From assembly GCF_900289195.1 (NCBI RefSeq), contig NZ_OMOH01000005.1, positions 90,001 through 122,000 on the forward strand: a stretch of DNA of 32,000 nt. The letters run 5' to 3'. Under the pieces are notes generated by a model that saw only the letters and a list, made by a program, of their open reading frames with translations, did not search any database and was not told the DNA's origin. Of the stretch, positions 24,201-28,700 are shown in pieces. The stretch's first letter is position 1, and each line of letters begins with the position of its first letter. Source of the stretch: Propionibacterium ruminifibrarum (GTDB lineage Bacteria > Actinomycetota > Actinomycetes > Propionibacteriales > Propionibacteriaceae). The position numbers and the translations under genes are program-made.

Positions 24201-25798
24201 CCGACCTCATGGACCCCGAGTTCTTCCACCTGACAGGCTACGAGTCGAAGTGGCTGGACCCGGAGCAAAGAATAATGCTCACGCAAGCTTGGCACGCCCT
24301 TAACGACGCCGGATACGCCGAGCACAATCCGCATGCGGCCCGCACCGGTGTCTTCGTAGGCTGCTGCCCCGGTGACTACCAAGACTTGGTACTCGAGGCG
24401 AAGGTTCCTCTCGAACCGCAGGTCTTCTGGGGCACTTCGCCGTCCGTTGTGGCTGGCCGCATCGCCTACGCCCTCGACCTCCAGGGGCCTTGTGCCTCCT
24501 TCGACACGGCCTGCAGCTCGGCGCTCACCGCAGCGTACTTCGCATGCGAAAGCCTGTGGTCCGGAGCATGTGACATGGCACTGGTCGGGGGGGTCTCTCT
24601 CATGCTCTCACCGAAGTACCACCTAATGGCCAGTCATGTGGGCATGCTGTCGCCTTCCGCGCGATGCGCGTCTTTCTCGGACGATGCAGATGGTTTCGTG
24701 CCGAGCGAAGGGGCAGGGGCCTTCGTCCTCAAGCCATTATCGCGTGCGATGCAAGACAGTGACCAGGTGTTGGGGTTGATCCGGGGCATCGGGATCAACC
24801 AGGACGGGCGTACCAACGGGCTTACCGCGCCGAATCCCCGTGCCCAGACTGCACTGATCAAGGGCATCCACGAGAAGTTCTCCATCGATCCGTCGTCGGT
24901 CAGTTACATCGAAGCGCATGGAACCGGAACCCCATTGGGGGACGTGGTCGAGGTCCAGGCGTTGACGGAGGTTTTCGGTGCCGGGCCGACCCGGGAGCGT
25001 TGCGGGTTGGGCAGCGTAAAGAGCAACATAGGTCATGCCTCGGCGGCTTCCGGTGTGGCCGGGCTCCTGAAGATTCTGCTGTCCATGCGGCATCGAATGC
25101 TTCCGGCCTCGCTGAACCTCCATGCAATCAATCCCAAGATCGACATGGATTCCAGCCCCTTCGAGGTCATCACGGAACTGCGTCCGTGGCGCAGCCAAGG
25201 GCCGCTGAGAGCTGGTCTCAGTTCGTTTGGTTTCAGCGGAACGAACGTCCATGTCGTCGTCGATGAATCGCCAACGGCAGCCCGTATTGGACACGCCGCC
25301 ACCGATGGCGGGGACTACCTGTTCCCGATCACTGCCCGCAATGCTGAACTCCTGCGCGTCACGATTCGTGATCTGGTGGATCACCTGGAGAGGCAGCCGG
25401 GCGGTTCGATCGTGGACCTGAGTTACACCCTGATCTCACGCAGGACACGCTTCCAGCAGGCTCAGGTGGTTGTGAGCGCCTCTTCCGCCAAGGAGCTCAT
25501 CCAGTCGCTGAGGCGTGTTATGAACGATCCTGTCTTGGGCACGCGGCCGGCGGATATGCCTGATCCCGATGTCGCACGGGGGGAGCGCTACCGAGGAGCG
25601 CGGCTGGTGCACGTGCCGAGCGCTCCGTTGGCAGAACGTCATTTATGGTTCTCAGCCGAATCCGCTGTATCGACCGAGCAGAGGAGTACTGCCATCCCAG
25701 ACGGCGATCTGCTCGGGGTGTTCACCTCGTTGAGAGATGGGGACGTCTCGCTGGAGGCCGTCGAAGAGTTGCTGAAAGGAATGCCCGATGTCCGCTGA
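15290..25798 (+). CDS. trans-AT polyketide synthase 1: KS-AT0(relic)-DH-KR-ACP-KS-(ACP-like insert)-DH-ACP-KS
   Basis: It is a 3502-aa ORF containing three KS domains (DTACSSS, DTMCSSS, DTACSSA, each with HGTGT and N/SxGH). It has two DH (HxxxGxxxxP), one KR (GGAGGIA...YALAN) and two ACPs (GIDS, GVDS). The start is GTG 15290 or ATG 15299, after GAGGAG at 15281-15286. Confidence 0.95.
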   Translation: MRKMSGIEFRPSQDIAIIGMSARTSLGSDCDELWQALVEQRSAVRPLTRDHLETDAIYRADPDQFGGIEESLFNAPVPEADKFDAGFFRITPREARTMDPQQRLLLEETQHCIDDSGVGIAELRRGDTCVYVGATGNDYALLAFQQGVDTDPYAPLGNFSCMLANRISHTFGLQGESMSLDTACSSSLVAIDLACRQLRSGAGNYGVAAGVCLTNHPWRFVSFSRAHMMSPDGVCRAFDAQANGFVQGEGIGVLLLERLEDAQRKKHRILGVIKGGAVSFGAGVASVSAPNPAAQQRVVGAALTRAGIDPAMVGFIEAHGTGTSLGDPIEIESLTRAFRNINPDTPDQICGVGSIKTNVGHLSSAAGVIGVIKVLMMMRERTLTPSRNLIEENPLIGFSHTPFYPVREVSSWTPVTGQEVLVAGVSGFGFGGVNGHLVITSAPTRPPSTPPRRSVPLLVSAHTPGSLKRLETAWADFARAPRGRDADHEAVVRSAMVGREPQPFRRSAMMGPADSLSDVVADLTGPSEENVQEPLGLTLGPVAWGSLAPDPGEGSSVRRVRDMLRESHLDELADEVVGGLFAGMILLENVEGISYVVCGRDQGLIGLILCGALSPADGFIAYRDRSAWSDLQVNRPDVELRSGDGRPWLRPTELPVGYLADLVSAVREDIAVSSADTDAILQMFNHQFTYQRFVKQWLESLRAVASVDSPIGQLATDHRGLVVQLAGTEAGRLALGVIHESSRRRIQRKWALHEADSATAIAELGRLVDGGHLGMDAVMELLLADVDANDISLSGLESLTPARISEDFPMLYAAQQAPGSLDQVMARLDGHSPAGATALCVGDGQRIVSSVGACDDLAQAITTLWTAGAQVHWDTLYEFVTEPASIPMTQFDRQRYWINPAVIPSPGSNQRTFPLLGSPAESSVDSASGASVVVTTISAEQSVVRDHVVGDVAILPGTAYVELAMEAFEAVTGARAAGVRKVSWLRPMEFGQGVGSRKVKVFLAHSDGGEHHFSVSSYQSNEWTEHAKGMVHGHSQTQEVSQTPALDVTTLLGQAHFSFTKQQVYGTVFSEAIGFDYGPAFQMTGSAHGLGDRSVEVLDTADALLKSPQGYRAHPAVLDASLRAVNWLGSQEDCTSLVMQVPFSMEEFRIAGDLVGAKYVVARMSPQACSSSVRVHDIDVFATDGRCVAQVRGFVLRPLAVGHRVDGLEVFTRELSPVVGDRARPLTSPDAVFLVADAACDPGLRDVADTMARHRASAGADLRIVTDLPALLETVDVGAGTRIEVIQCAPGASEAATPDTAPVLDINDWFKQVADHEWVVRHVVLARDDIPVDPFIGCLDVFTKSIRFVYPEFTVGVIAVEADTSGGLVQLSQETMDAALARIADVAYQVVGSEGIRAHRFVPAEASPIIDAQVIRPGSTYLVSGGAGGIALELVRHYLCEVDAHFVLLGRRDPEQLPDEVRQALRDLGSTVEYRACDVTDSAALDMVVDDIIAGPRPLAGVFHLAGGIVPLNARELGRDALHDALAAKVIGAHHLDRATSHLKLDFFVVFSSLSAVVGDSMGSGYALANQALNTFAELRCRRVAAERGSGRTCSVMWPVWASGALRPTDDQDVVLKKYFGLRELESGEAFLALNRIIAKGITVSMVLDGDPTRYDALVERPDAQKSARPVAELVTDRAAVPSAGKGRSQVTEWIRGLISEESGIDASAISDSADLGCYGIDSIMIINLLEKMGARFVDLPSTLFFERQTIKEITDYLEQHDPSACEGFMHAAGAEAPEQPCVVSDAPCASSQSPVAPSPVDEPIAVIGLAGVYPQSDDLEEFWRHLLAGDDCIEVVPANRWDHGQYFSAGGGTDRVNVQWGGFLNDVRGFDARFFGISYREGKSMDPQERLFLETVYHAFNDAGYPRQRIQGTDTAVYVGVMNGLYQMIEAEELAVGHVVEARSTYAAIPNRVSFVFDLRGPSMALDTMCSSSLTALHLACEELRRGCSHMAVAGGVNLITHPAKYVFLSEQHFGSTEGKCRAFGDGGDGYVPGEGVGAVILKPLSAALADGDRIHGVIRATGLNHGGRTNGFTVPNPRAQKTLVASVLDRAGVVAGELGYVEAHGTGTVLGDPIEVTSLVGAFSQCGLDFGERGVPIGSVKANIGHTESTAGIASLTKVLLQMKHRRIVPSIHADPPNPRLRLEETPLRVLRDSAPWDVNAHPTALISSFGAGGSNAHVVLSALPGNLDHGNRISSDNGQLIILSAVSREALDEQVESLLGWLRERSVGEGYARILLVVVGAVAAVLGVTDDDVTSDQSLRDLGFVSDDFGRLWNELEARAGRAIRFSLAEDTTVGDIARQLNEQGSSGSGSVEYAADDSGAMLASIARTLQQHREPLEARAAFVARSLGHLEGLLRAFLDGRSDLDVSFGMVDRYRTQTPIANDLLSAAAANGAWHDVARGWVSGQDSDWSILYTDDAVPFLDDLPGYRFHHTPLWIDRRTVTGIRHGVGSDLAPLRARVMVPEDGSPTRFRWGLDPQDPVVADHVIGGHPLVPAAAQIMAVRGCMRMLGEQQMTTLSDITFVAPIQVTSHTEVEMSLHRQGSAIAATVETIRPDGERTLHSRMVLGSGCLDGARSPISLAVRGDQLSRNDIYAAFQNEGIDYAGSFRSLESVTRGVEVATAVLDGALSSIPDPELAAVCRLDAALQLSSVFVGPLAGGVARPHVPAGLESITFIDATGIPTTAVVQRRSEDVFDARLCSASGEVVLVVSGLRVAPLCGHDSRPDPECSQQEVLEADGLDSWVREEIRGDILRVLASKVEMPLDQINPDWTFVDLGVDSVVGLQIIDELNELFQCSIRSTALFDLPTVGQLADHLSQDEHVVSVVSRRVHSGTQTRVPESTDHALATVVVPDSVATPNTEREPIAVIGMSGNFPGARTPEAFWELLSEGRSSVSEVPVDRWDAENLHRDDVGDMAGCVSKWGGFIAGPDLMDPEFFHLTGYESKWLDPEQRIMLTQAWHALNDAGYAEHNPHAARTGVFVGCCPGDYQDLVLEAKVPLEPQVFWGTSPSVVAGRIAYALDLQGPCASFDTACSSALTAAYFACESLWSGACDMALVGGVSLMLSPKYHLMASHVGMLSPSARCASFSDDADGFVPSEGAGAFVLKPLSRAMQDSDQVLGLIRGIGINQDGRTNGLTAPNPRAQTALIKGIHEKFSIDPSSVSYIEAHGTGTPLGDVVEVQALTEVFGAGPTRERCGLGSVKSNIGHASAASGVAGLLKILLSMRHRMLPASLNLHAINPKIDMDSSPFEVITELRPWRSQGPLRAGLSSFGFSGTNVHVVVDESPTAARIGHAATDGGDYLFPITARNAELLRVTIRDLVDHLERQPGGSIVDLSYTLISRRTRFQQAQVVVSASSAKELIQSLRRVMNDPVLGTRPADMPDPDVARGERYRGARLVHVPSAPLAERHLWFSAESAVSTEQRSTAIPDGDLLGVFTSLRDGDVSLEAVEELLKGMPDVR
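15329..16610 (+). other. KS1 domain
   Basis: DIAIIGMS...DPQQRLLLE...SLDTACSSSLVA (Cys codon 15839-15841)...EAHGTGTSLGDPIE...KTNVGHLSSAAG...GFGGVNGHLVI. Confidence 0.9.
16640..17990 (+). other. Degenerate cis-AT-like region (KS-AT linker + inactive AT relic + post-AT linker)
   Basis: About 450 aa lie between KS1 and DH1. The region is collinear by eye with AT landmarks, but the nucleophile elbow reads CGRDQG (Asp codon 17090-17092). The GQGSQ and xAFHS motifs are lost. The region ends in the post-AT-type motif QFDRQRYWI (17959-17988). Confidence 0.7.
18030..18875 (+). other. DH1 domain
   Basis: It has HVVGDVAILPGTAYVE (His codon 18128-18130), GFDYGPAFQ and HPAVLDASLR. The last motif is D-x-x-x-R rather than the usual D-x-x-x-Q/H. 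Confidence 0.85.
18930..20240 (+). other. KR1 domain (structural plus catalytic subdomains)
   Basis: TYLVSGGAGGIALEL, ACDVTD, VFHLAGG, SSLSAVVGDSMGSGYALAN (Tyr codon 19984-19986). The LDD position reads IVP. Confidence 0.85.
20357..20585 (+). other. ACP1 domain
   Basis: SADLGCYGIDSIMIINLLEKM; Ser codon 20456-20458. Confidence 0.9.
20694..21965 (+). other. KS2 domain
   Basis: EPIAVIGLAG...DPQERLFLE...ALDTMCSSSLTA (Cys codon 21200-21202)...EAHGTGTVLGDPIE...KANIGHTESTAG...GAGGSNAHVVL. Confidence 0.9.
22110..22330 (+). other. Carrier-protein-like insertion inside the KS2 flanking linker (DS motif replaced by VS)
   Basis: GAVAAVLGVTDDDVTSDQSLRDLGFVSDDFGRLWNELEARAGRAIRFSLAEDTTVGDIARQL follows the PKS ACP pattern VAxVLGxxxxxIxxDxxFxDLGFDSLxAVELxxxLExxxGxxL...xxxLAxxL. 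The Ser codon is 22214-22216. The segment sits between the post-KS helix (SREALDEQVESLLGWL) and the usual linker core (LASIARTLQQHREPLEARAAFVA). Confidence 0.55.
22787..23585 (+). other. DH2 (DH-like) domain in a module without KR
   Basis: HVIGGHPLVPAAAQ (His codon 22871-22873), GIDYAGSFRS, CRLDAALQLS (DxxxQ). Confidence 0.8.
23642..23867 (+). other. ACP2 domain
   Basis: WTFVDLGVDSVVGLQIIDELN; Ser codon 23753-23755. Confidence 0.9.
24002..25271 (+). other. KS3 domain (module continues on PKS2)
   Basis: EPIAVIGMSG...DPEQRIMLT...SFDTACSSALTA (Cys codon 24512-24514)...EAHGTGTPLGDVVE...KSNIGHASAASG...GFSGTNVHVVV. Confidence 0.9.
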
Positions 25799-28700
25799 AC
25801 TCATCCGCGAATGGATACTCAAGGGGATCCGCAGTGGACTTCTCGAGCCGGCTCGGGGCGTTGAACTGATTAATTCCGGAGCCCATCTCAATACCCGTCT
25901 GGGACGCCTCGTCCGCGTTCCCGCCCCGCTGTCGGGATCCCACTCGCGATCGGTGGGCCGTCGTCTCGATATCTCGGGATCGCGTGCCAGCACGTGGGAC
26001 GACGCCCTGCGGGCGGCACGCGAACGTGACGGAGCGTATCCCCAGACTGTGGTGATCCGGGGTATCGATGATGCCGACCGTGCGATGCCGTTGGTCGTAT
26101 TCGACGCCTTGAGGCGTCTGATCACTCAGTCACTCGAAAACAGTCGCGGCGAACAACTGCGATTGATATGCGCAGTGGACAATGATAGTGCTCTCGCGGA
26201 GGGTCTGGCAGCGATGTTTGCCTCAGCCAACAGCGAGGAGAACTTGCTGGCCGCGACCGTGGTGTCAGGCAACTGGACCGAGGACATCCTCACGGCAGCC
26301 GCCTGCATGCAAGGTCCGGTCGATGCACATTGGACGGTCGACGCAATGCAGATCTTTGGAGATCGACTGGAGATGCGTCGGCTCGATACCGCTCCACTCG
26401 AGGGCATCGTGCGGACCGGGGGAACCTACGTCATCGCCGGTGGGCTCGGGGCACTGGGATTCGCGCTGTCGCGTCACCTCAGCCGCACATACCAGGCCCG
26501 GCTGGTGCTCATCGGCACACGCCCGAAAGCTGACGTTGAGACGCGGATGGAGGCGCTCAGGAAACTGGGTGGCGATCCTGAATACATGGTTGTCGATCTC
26601 AGTCGCGAAGACGCCACAGGACGCCTTCTGGAAGCGTTGGAAGGTCATAGCGAGGTGCGTGGTGTCGTCCAGTGCGCTGGTGTGACCTCCGATGCCTTGC
26701 TCAGGCAGGCACCTGCCGAGTCCGTCGCACAGGTGATCAACACCAAGGTGCGCGGGGTTGCCGCTCTCGACGCGGCTACGGCGGGTTGCCAACTGGACTT
26801 CTTCGCCGCCTTCTCGTCGATCAGTGGACTTCTGGGTAACTTCGGGCAGTCTGACTATGCATTCGCTAATGCCTACCAGATGGGCTGGATGCGTGAGCGC
26901 GCTGCTCGCGTTGCTGCTGGCGACAGGCACGGCCGAAGCGTTGCCATCGCTTGGCCATTCTGGGAGGACGGCGGTATCAGCGCTCCCCGGCAGGCCGTCA
27001 ATCGGCTGACACGCGATCTGGGTATCGAACCCTTGCAGACCTGGTTGGGAATGGGCCTGTTCGAGACGGCGCTGACCAGTGATGAGCCGGTGTTCGCGCC
27101 GGTCACGGGTTCCGATCTGCGTATCCCGACCGGCATTCCCGCAGAAGCTCCCAAGCAGCCGGTGTCCAGGCAGGAGGCGGCGGATGTCCGATCACGATTT
27201 GTGAGCCATCTTGTCCAAGTCTATGCGACAGTTTACGAGGTCCCTGCTGATGAGATTCGCCCCGAGGTGAACCTGCAGTCGTACGGACTCGACTCCGTAC
27301 TCGTGTCGAAAGTGGCAGCGAGGCTGGTCAGGATCATCCCTAACCTCCCTACCTCGGTCTTCTTCGACTGCTCAACGATCGATGAGATTGCTGATCGCCT
27401 TCTGGATAAATTCCCGGAGCAGCTTGCCGATCAGTTCGGGTCAATGGCGTCGATTCCTGCGGAGCAGCCTGTGACCGAGCCTGCACATGACGTGACCTCC
27501 GAGGTCCCGGCCGGTTCGCCACTGTGCACCAATGTCATGGCGTCTGACATGGACCTGGTCACAGCACCCGTCGATGATCGTGGCTCCGGGAAGTGCCACC
27601 GCACAGTCCATCAGAATCGCAGGGGCATCGCCATTGTGGGCTACGCCGCGCAGATGGCCGGAGCGGACAATGCCGAGGAGATCTGGCAGACCCTGGCCGA
27701 GGGATTAGACCGGGTGAGCACGTTCCCGGCTTCCCGACGCACTGATCTGGTTGGGAACAACAGCGTGCCGCTCCAGTTCGAACAGGTCGCCGAGGTTGAC
27801 TGGCACCAGCCGGGAAGTTTCATTGACGACCCTTGGGGATTCGATGCTCGCTTCTTCGGGGTTTCCGCGAGGGAGGCCCGATGTATGGATCCCCAGGAGC
27901 GAGTGGCGCTAGAGAAGACGTGGCAGGCGTTCGAGGACGCCGGTATCACTCCCGAAGCGGCCGCCGAGAGCACGGATGGTGACGTCGGTGTCTTCGCGGC
28001 CATGACGAACTTTACCCACTACCTTCTCGGTGCCCATGGGATCGCCTCGGATTCCTACATCCCGCAATCCTCCGGGTGGTCGCTGGCGAATAGGATCTCT
28101 TCCGCATTCGATTTCCATGGTCCTAGTCAATGCGTCGATACTGGTTGTTCATCCTCCCTGTACGCGTTAGTGCAGGCATGCCAAGCGCTGACGCAAGGTG
28201 ATTGCCGCATGGCTGTCGTCACTGCAGCCAATCTCTATCTCCATCCCCTGAAGTTTGCCATGCTCAGGGAGCGTAATATGTTGTCCGACAAGGGGAGATG
28301 TTTCACATTTGGTGCGAATGCCGACGGTTTCGTCCCCGCTGAGGGAGCAGCTTCGTTGATCCTGCGTCCGGTAGAAGACGCTGAACGTGATGGCGACGAC
28401 ATCAAGGCAGTCGTGTGGTCTTGGGCTGTGAATCACGGCGGGTCGACGCACGGGTACACCGTTCCGTCGCCGAAGCTGCAGGCATCTGTTATCAGGAAGG
28501 CGCTCGAGGCTGGAGACCTGAGCGCGGACCAAGTGAGCCTCATTGAAGCGCACGGCACCGGCACACCATTGGGTGATCCGATCGAGATAGAGGGTCTGAC
28601 CGATGTTTTCAGCGACGTGGCGAGGGAGACCCCCCTGTTCGTCAGTTCGATCAAATCGAATTTCGGCCATGCGGAATCCATGGCGGGACTGGCATCGGTG

